Positions 9,547-17,401 of a DNA stretch of 58,001 bases are shown in pieces (the stretch's first letter is position 1; every line of letters starts with the position of its first letter). A program made the position numbers and the translations under genes. Under the pieces are notes generated by a model. That model was given only the letters and a program-made list of their open reading frames with translations. It was not told the origin of the DNA and did not search any database. Source of the stretch: an uncultured Acidimicrobiaceae bacterium (GTDB lineage: Bacteria; Actinomycetota; Acidimicrobiia; Acidimicrobiales; SZUA-35); contig CAZSTV010000003.1 in NCBI GenBank assembly GCA_964609665.1, positions 26,219 to 84,219 of the forward strand, given 5' to 3'.

Positions 9547-11228
9547 CGTGCTCCGTCTCCCCGTATCAGTGCCAGCGGCGTCCGAATCAGAATGAAGAGG
9601 TCCCGCCGTAGTGACCAGTTCCATACGTACTCCAGGTCGAGGTCCAGCATTTCGGACGTCGACAACGTGCTTCGACCCGAGACCTGCCACAGGCCGCTGC
9701 AGCCTGGGGATGCCATCACTCGAGCCCGGTCCCGCTCGCCAAACAGGCGGTGCTCCCACGGCAATGCCGGTCGCGGTCCGACCAGCGACATGTCGCCACG
9801 CAGGACGTTCCACAGCTGCGGTAGTTCGTCCAGCGAGAGCCGTCGCAGTATTTTTCCGACCCGGGTGATCCGTGGGTCGTCGAGTTTGAACGAGCCGTCG
9901 GCTTCCGGCATGGCGTCATCGCCGCTCAGCAGCCGTTCCAGGTGGGCACGATGCGCAGAGTCGTCGTTGTTTACATACATCGAGCGGAACTTGATCATCT
10001 CGAACGGCCTGCCGTTCTTGCCGACCCGGACCTGGCGGAACAGCGCTGGCCCTCGTGAGGTCAACTTCACCGCCAGCACCAACAGGAGCAGGAGTGGCGC
10101 GGTGAGCACCAGCAGCAGGAACGAAATGACCACATCGATGGTCCGCTTCGCCACCATCCGAGAGCGCGTGCCAACCGGCCATTCGGTCGACTCGGTGGGA
10201 TAGGCATGGTCATCAACAGCGGCGGCGCCGGAAGCGAACGTTGCCGTGGAACTAGAGGTGGAGGTGGCAGTTGCAGTGGCAGTGGCAGTCGCAGTGGGAG
10301 TGGCAGTTGTATGGCCACCGCCAGAAGTGCTGAGCGCCGAGCCACGGTGGCCCGGGCCCTCGGTCGAGCGGCGACCCTGGGCGGCGGCCGTTGCGGGATC
10401 TGCCATCGCCGTGCGATGGAACGCCAGGTAGGAGAGCAGCAGACCGATCAGGCCACCGGCGGCAGCACCAAATACCAGCGCCTTCAGTGGCGCCGGGGTG
10501 ACCGGCTCATCAAAGACAAACCCGGCGGACACCACCCGGGGATCGGTCTGGGTCCGCAGTTGATCCTCGTCCTGTTGCTGCACAAGGCGGAGCGTCAGGT
10601 CGTTGATCTGCTGCCTGGTTCGAACCAGTTGGCTCTGCAGATCGATCTGGACCGGGAGCGCCAGGCGGTCGCTGTTGTCCAAGCTGGTCACGATCGACGC
10701 TTCGAGTTCTCGAAGCGATTCGATGAAGTCCGTGATGACCTCTCGCTGATCGTCGACGCCGGTCGTTGCGAAGCGGGTGACGTAATTCTCCACCACCGCG
10801 TTGGTCACGCGCCGGGCACGATCGGGATCGGGGTCGATGAACGTCACCTGAATGATCTGGGTGCCGCCGGCGACCGAAGCGTCGTAGTGCTTCTGGAATT
10901 CCTCGTCGCTCAACCCTTCGGCGACGGCGACCGGATGCCAGATGCTCGGGCTTTCAAGCGTTACGGCAACGGTCTCCGGGAGGAGCGCGGGGTCACGGAA
11001 CTCAACCTCGCTCACCGCCTGCCATTCCTCTTCCTTCAGCAGTTCCACCACAACGGCGCCCTGGGCCCCGAGGATGGAAGTGACTGCACAGAGCACGATG
11101 GCACCGATCAGCACCCGCCAGGGTGGGCGTACCAGTTCCTCATCGAATCGGTGAATGTCGGGCAGGCCGAATGCGCCTGGCGACAGCTCATCGTGAGATG
11201 CGGGAGGTTCAGCCAGCGTCGAGGTCAT
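9543..11228 (-). CDS. Fusion protein: N-terminal Wzz/PCP-like domain + Thr/Ala-repeat linker + C-terminal polyprenyl-phosphate sugar phosphotransferase (bacterial sugar transferase, PglC/WbaP-C type)
   Basis: The C-terminal ~200 aa (KRTIDVVISFLLLVLTAPLLLLLVLAVKLTSRGPALFRQVRVGKNGRPFEMIKFRSM...DPRITRVGKILRRLSLDELPQLWNVLRGDMSLVGPRP) is the canonical Bac_transf signature. The N-terminal half has two TM helices bracketing a coiled segment, paralogous to 7997..8896. The start is placed at ATG 11228 (MTSTLAEPP...) because the longer track ORF overlaps the aminotransferase CDS. The start is uncertain by about 20 bp. Confidence 0.75.
   Translation of the reverse strand: MTSTLAEPPASHDELSPGAFGLPDIHRFDEELVRPPWRVLIGAIVLCAVTSILGAQGAVVVELLKEEEWQAVSEVEFRDPALLPETVAVTLESPSIWHPVAVAEGLSDEEFQKHYDASVAGGTQIIQVTFIDPDPDRARRVTNAVVENYVTRFATTGVDDQREVITDFIESLRELEASIVTSLDNSDRLALPVQIDLQSQLVRTRQQINDLTLRLVQQQDEDQLRTQTDPRVVSAGFVFDEPVTPAPLKALVFGAAAGGLIGLLLSYLAFHRTAMADPATAAAQGRRSTEGPGHRGSALSTSGGGHTTATPTATATATATATSTSSSTATFASGAAAVDDHAYPTESTEWPVGTRSRMVAKRTIDVVISFLLLVLTAPLLLLLVLAVKLTSRGPALFRQVRVGKNGRPFEMIKFRSMYVNNDDSAHRAHLERLLSGDDAMPEADGSFKLDDPRITRVGKILRRLSLDELPQLWNVLRGDMSLVGPRPALPWEHRLFGERDRARVMASPGCSGLWQVSGRSTLSTSEMLDLDLEYVWNWSLRRDLFILIRTPLALIRGDGAR
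10252..10310. repeat. In-frame imperfect hexanucleotide tandem repeat (GCAGTG/GCAGTT-like units) encoding the (Thr-Ala)n linker of the PCP-PGT fusion
   Basis: The plus-strand sequence reads ...gaggtggaggtggcagttgcagtggcagtggcagtcgcagtgggagtggcagttgt... On the minus strand this encodes TTATPTATATATATATSTSSS. Confidence 0.7.
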
Positions 11229-12336
11229 GAAGTACCGCGCATACGCGCTCGATGTCGTCGGTTGAGAGATGGGGGTGCATCGGCAGCGAAAGAATGGACT
11301 GCGCCAACTCTTCCGATACCGGCAGCGGCTTGGGGTCGCCGGTGGTGTAGCCCGGCTGGAGGTGACAGGGGATGGGGTAATGAAGGCCCCAACCAATGCC
11401 CGCCTCGTCGAGGGCTCGGCCAACGGCATCCCGGCCACCGTCAACCGCAGCGGGAGAGCAGCGGATCACAAACAGGTGATAGACCGGGCTTGCGCCGTCG
11501 GCGACGGCAAGGGGTTGCGCCCACGCCGGAAGCAATTGGCGGTACTGTTCGGCGGCGTTGGCCCGGGCGGCGTTGGCCTCATCAAGTCCTTCGAGCTTGG
11601 CGGACAGGATGCCGGCCTGCAGCCCGTCGAGTCGGGAGTTGCGGCCAACGACGTCATGCTCGTAGCGCGACGCTGCTGATCGGCCGTGATTGGCCAGCAC
11701 CTGGATCTTGTCTGCCAACTCGTGGTCGTTTGTGGTGACCGCTCCCCCGTCGCCGAAGGCGCCGAGGTTCTTGGCCGGATAGAAGCTGAATCCGGCGGCA
11801 ACGCCGAGCGAACCCGCCCGCTTGCCCGCCCACTCGGCACCGTGAGCCTGCGCGGAATCTTCGATCACGGCCAGCCCGGCCGGTTCGGTTGCCAGACGCA
11901 GGTCGTCAACGTCAACGGTCTGGCCATATAGATGTACCGCCATCACCGCGGCGGTTGCAGAGGTTGTCGCGGCCCGGACAGCGTCACCGGTGATCAGGGC
12001 GGTTTCGGGGTCAACATCTACGAAGACCGGTGTCGCACCGCTGGTCACGACGGCTTCGGCCGTTGCAATAAAGGTGTTGGCGGGAACGATGACCTCGTCG
12101 CCTGGCCCGATGCCGAGGCCCGAGAGGATCAGCTCCAGGGCATCGGTGCCGTTGGCAACACCGACGCAGCGTTCGGCGTGGCTGTATTCGGCGTAGGCGG
12201 TTTCAAACCGCTCGACCGCAGCGCCACCGACAAAGCCGGTGTTCGCAAGGGTCTGTTCCCACACCTGGTCGATTGCCGGGCGGACCTTCTCGGTGATGGT
12301 CGCCAAGTCGACGAAAGGAATCTTGCCGTCGCTCAC
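11209..12336 (-). CDS. DegT/DnrJ/EryC1/StrS-family PLP-dependent sugar aminotransferase (WbpE-like)
   Basis: 375 aa. IPFVDL...VGGAAVERFETAYAEYSHAERCVGVANGTDALELILSGLGIGPGDEVIVPANTFIATAEAV is the textbook DegT N-terminus. The start is a GTG in a GTGA overlap with the upstream stop (12333-12336). Confidence 0.85.
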   Translation of the reverse strand: MSDGKIPFVDLATITEKVRPAIDQVWEQTLANTGFVGGAAVERFETAYAEYSHAERCVGVANGTDALELILSGLGIGPGDEVIVPANTFIATAEAVVTSGATPVFVDVDPETALITGDAVRAATTSATAAVMAVHLYGQTVDVDDLRLATEPAGLAVIEDSAQAHGAEWAGKRAGSLGVAAGFSFYPAKNLGAFGDGGAVTTNDHELADKIQVLANHGRSAASRYEHDVVGRNSRLDGLQAGILSAKLEGLDEANAARANAAEQYRQLLPAWAQPLAVADGASPVYHLFVIRCSPAAVDGGRDAVGRALDEAGIGWGLHYPIPCHLQPGYTTGDPKPLPVSEELAQSILSLPMHPHLSTDDIERVCAVLHDLDAG

Positions 12337-13376
12337 AGGGTCACCCCTTCAAGCAGTTCCGATGGTGCGGCAACCTTGACCCATTCGCCACCGTTCAGCA
12401 GCGACTCTTCCGCTGCGGTCAGGGTTGCGACGACGTCAAGGCCACGGTGACCATCAACGGGAGGCGTGCTGCTGTTGCGGATCGAGTCGACAAACGCCGA
12501 GAGCTCCAGCTGCAACGGCTCCTTGAAATCGATGAAGGGCGACACGATCGAACCATTGCGGTAGCTGAGCGGGTGCCCGGCATCGTTCTGCGTGCTTGCC
12601 GCAGCAGTCACACCTTTGTCGTAAATGCGAAGCCGATCTTCGGTTGCAACATCGTCGTAGACCGCCATGGAATGCTCGCCGACAACCGTGGTACGTCGGA
12701 CCTTCATCGGATCGAGCCAGCTCACATGGATGCAGGCGCTCACGTCGATGTCGTCGTAGCGGAGCGAGAGGTACGCAACGTCGGACTGGGCACTCATCAG
12801 GTTCAAGCCCCAGGCCGAGATCGAGGTCGGCCGGGAGTCCAAGATGTAGTTGAGGATGGAGATGTCGTGCGGGGCGAGATCCCAGATCACGTTGGTGTCG
12901 GCCTGGTAGAGCCCCAAATTCAGCCGCGCTGAGTTGATGTAGCGGACCTTGCCAAACTCGGGAGCCCGGATCGCCTCGGCGAGTCCCCACACCCCGGCGT
13001 TGAACTCGAAGGTGTGACCGACCATCAGGCGCCGGTCAACGCGCTCGGCGAGTCGGATCAGTTCTACCGCATGTTCGACCGAGGTCGTCATCGGCTTCTC
13101 AACCAAGATATGCAGTCCGGCTTCGAGGGCCTGACGGCCGAGTTCGTAGTGCGTGCTCGGCGGCGACGCAATCACTACGGCATCGATATTGGCAGCGGCG
13201 TCTTCAAGACTCTCAAAGGATCCTGCAACGGGGTATGTAAGTTTTAGTGAATCTCGCTTGGCGGCGTCTTTGTCAATAAGGACAACACGAACATCCGGCA
13301 GTGAGGACAAAACACGGACGTGCTTTGAACCCCAGTACCCACAACCAACGACTCCAATACGGAGCGCTTCCTGCAT
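12333..13376 (-). CDS. Gfo/Idh/MocA-family NAD-dependent sugar oxidoreductase (WbpB-like)
   Basis: Trimmed to ATG 13376 (MQEALRIGVVGCGYWGSKHVRVL... is a Rossmann N-terminus). EKPM motif present (LHILVEKPMTTS). First gene of the minus-strand operon. Confidence 0.8.
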   Translation of the reverse strand: MQEALRIGVVGCGYWGSKHVRVLSSLPDVRVVLIDKDAAKRDSLKLTYPVAGSFESLEDAAANIDAVVIASPPSTHYELGRQALEAGLHILVEKPMTTSVEHAVELIRLAERVDRRLMVGHTFEFNAGVWGLAEAIRAPEFGKVRYINSARLNLGLYQADTNVIWDLAPHDISILNYILDSRPTSISAWGLNLMSAQSDVAYLSLRYDDIDVSACIHVSWLDPMKVRRTTVVGEHSMAVYDDVATEDRLRIYDKGVTAAASTQNDAGHPLSYRNGSIVSPFIDFKEPLQLELSAFVDSIRNSSTPPVDGHRGLDVVATLTAAEESLLNGGEWVKVAAPSELLEGVTL

Positions 13377-13492
13377 AGTCTCGACCCTTCTAGTCACAAT
13401 TAACGCATCGGCAGATGACGGAACTGCTCGACTTGAACGAACACGGACTGACAAACGTGGCGATGCCGCCGCACGATACGCCGCGAAACGTT

Positions 13493-13512
13493 ATTGGGTG
13501 ATATCACCCAAT
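13493..13512. promoter_or_regulatory. Perfect 20-bp palindrome ATTGGGTGATATCACCCAAT in the divergent promoter region of the polysaccharide locus (candidate operator)
   Basis: Verified base by base to be its own reverse complement. It lies in the 357-bp, lower-GC intergenic region 13377-13733 between the two divergent operons. Confidence 0.45.
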
Positions 13513-13733
13513 CCATCGACTCGGCGTATCCACGCCGGGCTGTCTCACGGTAGAGACCGGCAGAACAACAAACGATTCGCCTCTTGCGCGGATCAAAGCG
13601 AGAAGACCCAAAAGAGCACGAAGTTGACAAGGCTCAGCATCGGAATGGATAGACGTTCGCCACGCAGCGAATTCGTCTAATTCAACGCGCTCGTCCTGAA
13701 ATTTCTTCGCTTTCGAGTCAATCTGGAGAAGTT

Positions 13734-14135
13734 ATGGAGCAATCAACCGTATTGCTGTTGATTGGAATCATCGGAAACCTGGTGTTGGTTCTCCTGTTGG
13801 TGGTCGCATGGCGACTCCTGATGGGCAACCGAGACCCAAGAGGTTCGGGCAACTTCACGCCCGATGAGCAATATGACGACGACTGGGACGAGTCGGGCTA
13901 TCCCCTCGCCGCGATCACTGGCGAGATCCCGAACGACCAACTCGCCGGCCTGTTCCGCTTCGACTCCTGGTCGGCTACCGACGCAGGGTCGCCAGAACGC
14001 CAGGACGCCATGCGCCGCGACACCGCCCGCCATGAGGGCAGGCGTCGCGCCGCAACACGTCGTGACACCCCACGTCGAGAGACCAGGCGCAGCGCTGCAA
14101 GGCGCAACGGCCGCCCCACAACGACAGAAGGCTGA
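13734..14135 (+). CDS. Small single-pass membrane protein with Arg-rich repetitive C-terminal tail (unknown function)
   Basis: GGAGAAG RBS about 5 bp upstream of the ATG. TM helix VLLLIGIIGNLVLVLLLVVAWRLLMG. Tail RRDTARHEGRRRAATRRDTPRRETRRSAARRNGR. Stop is 6 bp before the asnB-like ATG. Confidence 0.5.
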   Translation: MEQSTVLLLIGIIGNLVLVLLLVVAWRLLMGNRDPRGSGNFTPDEQYDDDWDESGYPLAAITGEIPNDQLAGLFRFDSWSATDAGSPERQDAMRRDTARHEGRRRAATRRDTPRRETRRSAARRNGRPTTTEG

Positions 14136-14141
14136 TCCAAC

Positions 14142-16085
14142 ATGTGCGGAATTGCGGGTGAATACCGCCGTGACGGCCGACCGGTCGATCGTCGGACGCT
14201 GGTCGAGATGGCCGACGCGATGGTCCATCGCGGGCCGGATGATGCCGGCTACAGAAGCGAAAACGGGCCGATCGGCTTTGCGTTCAGGCGCCTGTCGATC
14301 ATCGACCTGGACGGTGGCAACCAGCCGTTGGCCACCGAGGACGGCTCCATCTGGGTCCTTGGCAACGGCGAGATCTACAACTACCGGGAACTCAAGACCG
14401 AACTGATCAGTCTTGGTCACACGTTCGCCACCGGGTCCGACATCGAGGTGGTCGTTCACGGCTACCGCCAGTGGGGCATCGACGTTGTCGACCGTCTCAA
14501 CGGCATGTTCGCCCTCGCCATCTGGGATGACAACCTCAAGCGCCTAGTGCTCGTTCGCGACCACCTGGGCATCAAGCCGCTGTACTACGCAGACGGTCCA
14601 GACCGGATCCGCTTCGGTTCCGAGATTCGGGCGGTCACCGCCGATGGCTCGATCCAGCGGACCCTCGACCAGGACAGCGTTCGGCTGTTCCTGCACTTTG
14701 GTTACCTCCCGGCCCCTCACACCCTCCTGGCCGGAGTTCGCAAACTCCCGCCAGGGCATCTCCTCATCGCCGATGAGTCCGGTGCAAAGGTCCATCGGTA
14801 TTGGAACCCTGAGCCACAGCATCGCCGCAACCTGTCGATCGAAGACGCCACCGCCGAGTACCAGGGTCTCGTTGACGAGAGCGTTGCCAGACAGTTGGTC
14901 AGCGACGTTCCCGTCGGTCTTCTGCTCTCCGGCGGCGTCGACTCCGCCATGGTGCTCGCCGCAGCGGAGAAGGCATCGGAGGGCTCGATCGACACGTTCA
15001 CCGTCGGTTTCGGCGAGGACTTTCGCTACGACGAGTCCAATCACGCGGCGGAGACCGCTGCGCTCTTCGGAGGCCAGCACCACCCGATCCGCCTGGACAT
15101 CGGCTCGTTCGCGTCCACGTTTGAAGAGTCGCTGTGGTCGCTCGAGGAACCGGTGCTCTCGCAGAGCACCTTCGCCTTTCACCTGCTGACCGCCGAGGTT
15201 CGCAAACACCTGAAGGTGGTGCTCACCGGGCAGGGCGCGGACGAACTGTGGGCGGGCTATGACCGCTACCTCGGCGAGCGTTACGGCTCGAAGGCCCGTT
15301 GGCTCTTCGGCTCCGCCGCCGCTCAGACCGTCAGTGGCAAGTTGCCAGGACTGACCCGTTTCGGTCGGGCAACCAGTTCCCTCGGCGAGGCCGACCCGGT
15401 GCGTCGCTTTGCGGCCATCCATCAAGTCTTTGCCCCGGAACAGATCGCCGCGGCGGCACGGGGTCCGCTTGCCCAGAGCGATGCCCGGGCCGAAGACGTC
15501 ATCGCGTACTGGCAGGAGCCCGTCTCCCACCTCGATGAGTTCTCCCAGTTGCTCTACGTGGACACCCGAATGTCGCTCGCCGACGATCTGCTGTTCTACG
15601 GCGACAAGCTGTCCATGGCCAACTCGGTCGAAGCCCGAGTCCCGCTGCTCGACCGTAAACTCGTCGACTTTGTTGAAGAGCTTCCCCCCGCCTTCAAGCT
15701 GCAGGGCCGCACCGGAAAACGAGTACACCGCAAAGCGGCGGAACGGATGTTGCCAAAGCACGTCCTGGGACGGCCGAAGCTTGGCTTTGCCACCCCGGTG
15801 GATGAGTGGTTCGCAAAGGACCTGACAAGCGCGGTCCGCAGCACGGTCCTGGCCGAGGACTCCTGGTGCACACAAAACCTTGCACCCGCATTCATCAACG
15901 GCCTGATCGACGACCACCTGTCGGGCGTCAGCAACAACCGGCGGCAACTCACCGCCCTGCTCTCATTCGAAATCGTTTGCCGCCAACAGCTCGATGGCCG
16001 GCCACCGGGCCTCATCGACCACCTGTCCCCAGAGGGACTCGTTTCAAGCACATCTACGACGTCGATTGGAGACGCTCAACAGTGA
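14142..16085 (+). CDS. asnB: Asparagine synthase (glutamine-hydrolysing) family amidotransferase (AsnB/WbpS-like, probably sugar-carboxylate amidation)
   Basis: 647 aa. N-terminal nucleophile MCGIAGEY..., GATase-II region and the SGGVDS PP-loop (LLLSGGVDSAMV). Confidence 0.85.
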   Translation: MCGIAGEYRRDGRPVDRRTLVEMADAMVHRGPDDAGYRSENGPIGFAFRRLSIIDLDGGNQPLATEDGSIWVLGNGEIYNYRELKTELISLGHTFATGSDIEVVVHGYRQWGIDVVDRLNGMFALAIWDDNLKRLVLVRDHLGIKPLYYADGPDRIRFGSEIRAVTADGSIQRTLDQDSVRLFLHFGYLPAPHTLLAGVRKLPPGHLLIADESGAKVHRYWNPEPQHRRNLSIEDATAEYQGLVDESVARQLVSDVPVGLLLSGGVDSAMVLAAAEKASEGSIDTFTVGFGEDFRYDESNHAAETAALFGGQHHPIRLDIGSFASTFEESLWSLEEPVLSQSTFAFHLLTAEVRKHLKVVLTGQGADELWAGYDRYLGERYGSKARWLFGSAAAQTVSGKLPGLTRFGRATSSLGEADPVRRFAAIHQVFAPEQIAAAARGPLAQSDARAEDVIAYWQEPVSHLDEFSQLLYVDTRMSLADDLLFYGDKLSMANSVEARVPLLDRKLVDFVEELPPAFKLQGRTGKRVHRKAAERMLPKHVLGRPKLGFATPVDEWFAKDLTSAVRSTVLAEDSWCTQNLAPAFINGLIDDHLSGVSNNRRQLTALLSFEIVCRQQLDGRPPGLIDHLSPEGLVSSTSTTSIGDAQQ

Positions 16086-17401
16086 ATATCTCAATTTTCG
16101 GGCTCGGCTACGTCGGGACCGTCACCGCCGCCTGCCTTGCGGGCAATGGCCACTCGGTGGTCGGAGTCGACGTTGCCGAACAGAAGGTCAATGACTTCAA
16201 CAGCGGGATCAGCCCGGTGCTCGAGGACGGCGTCGAGGAACTCCTCGCAGACGCCATCGCCGACAACCGCCTTCTTGGCACGACCGATATCAACGTTGCC
16301 ATCGAGGCATCCGACGTGGCGCTGATCTGCGTCGGAACGCCAAGTCGCTCCAACGGAGACATCGACCTCACCCACATCGAAACTGTTGTCGCCCAGATCG
16401 GGGCAGCGCTGGCAAGCCGCGAGCGTGCCGACCGCTTCACCGTGGTGATCAGGAGCACCGTGATGCCCGGCACCGCCGAGCGGGCAGGCGCCATCCTCGA
16501 AGAGCACAGCGGTCAAAAGCTTGGGGAGCGCGTCGACCTTGCGGTCAACCCGGAGTTCCTCCGCGAAGGTCAGGGCGTTGCAGACTTCCTCGACCCGCCG
16601 CTGATCCTCGTCGGCGCTGACAACGATGCGAGCGCCGACGTCATCCTTGGCATGTACAACGGCATCGACGCTGGGCGTCGTGTCGTGCCGGTCAGGGTTG
16701 CCGAGCTCATCAAGTACGCCAACAACAGTTGGCACGCCACCAAGGTCACCTTCGCAAACGAGATCGGTGTGCTTTCCCAGGCACTCGGCATCGACGGGCG
16801 CGAAGTGATGGACGTGGTCTGCAGCGACGAGAAGCTCAACATTTCCGCCGCCTACCTCAAGCCAGGTTTCGCATTTGGCGGCTCGTGTCTTCCGAAGGAC
16901 GTGCGGGCACTGAACTTCGCCGCCAAGGATCGAGACATCGCCACTCCGCTGCTGTCCAGCCTGCTGACCAGCAACGCCATTCAGGTCCTGCGTCTCATCG
17001 ACCAGCTGATCGAATGGGACGGGCGCCGCATCGGCTTTGTCGGGCTTGCATTCAAGGCCGGTACCGATGACCTGCGGGAGAGTCCCATCGTCGAGGTGGT
17101 CGAGCGCATGCTTGGCAAGGGCTTCGACTGCCGCATCTACGACGCCGACCTGAGTGCCGGTGATCTCGTCGGCTCCAACCGGGCCTACATCGAGTCACAG
17201 GTGCCGCACCTCAGCAAGCTGCTCGTCGATGACGTTGTCGAGCTTGCCACGACCTGCGATGTGTTGGTCGTGACGAAGCCCTCTGGTGAACTCGAAGCGT
17301 TCCTGGCAACGCCGGGCGACAACCCGGACCAAATCGTCGCCGACCTCGTCGGCATGTCCGCTCCTGCAGCGGGCCGTGAGTATCACGGGGTGGCGTGGTG
17401 A
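16082..17401 (+). CDS. GDP-mannose 6-dehydrogenase-like nucleotide-sugar dehydrogenase (AlgD-like)
   Basis: Trimmed to GTG 16082, a GTGA overlap with the asnB stop. VNISIFGLGYVGTVTAACLAGNGHSVVGVDV..., ICVGTPS, NPEFLREG, KPGFAFGGSCLPKDVRAL and FKAGTDDLRESP match my memory of P. aeruginosa AlgD almost motif for motif. Confidence 0.75.
   Translation: MNISIFGLGYVGTVTAACLAGNGHSVVGVDVAEQKVNDFNSGISPVLEDGVEELLADAIADNRLLGTTDINVAIEASDVALICVGTPSRSNGDIDLTHIETVVAQIGAALASRERADRFTVVIRSTVMPGTAERAGAILEEHSGQKLGERVDLAVNPEFLREGQGVADFLDPPLILVGADNDASADVILGMYNGIDAGRRVVPVRVAELIKYANNSWHATKVTFANEIGVLSQALGIDGREVMDVVCSDEKLNISAAYLKPGFAFGGSCLPKDVRALNFAAKDRDIATPLLSSLLTSNAIQVLRLIDQLIEWDGRRIGFVGLAFKAGTDDLRESPIVEVVERMLGKGFDCRIYDADLSAGDLVGSNRAYIESQVPHLSKLLVDDVVELATTCDVLVVTKPSGELEAFLATPGDNPDQIVADLVGMSAPAAGREYHGVAW

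Noticed and set aside
10252-10310. Considered whether the tandem repeats here, at 25549-25608 and at 39700-39790 could be CRISPR or minisatellite arrays
   Set aside because: The units are 6-15 bp with no spacers and lie in frame within coding sequence. They are coding low-complexity repeats, not CRISPR.
10206-11738. 510-aa plus-strand ORF
   Set aside because: It is antisense to the PCP-PGT and aminotransferase genes, which have clear family motifs. Its Arg/Gly/Pro-rich composition is typical of high-GC shadow ORFs.
14544-15947. 467-aa minus-strand ORF
   Set aside because: It is antisense to the unmistakable asnB-like CDS and is a shadow ORF.
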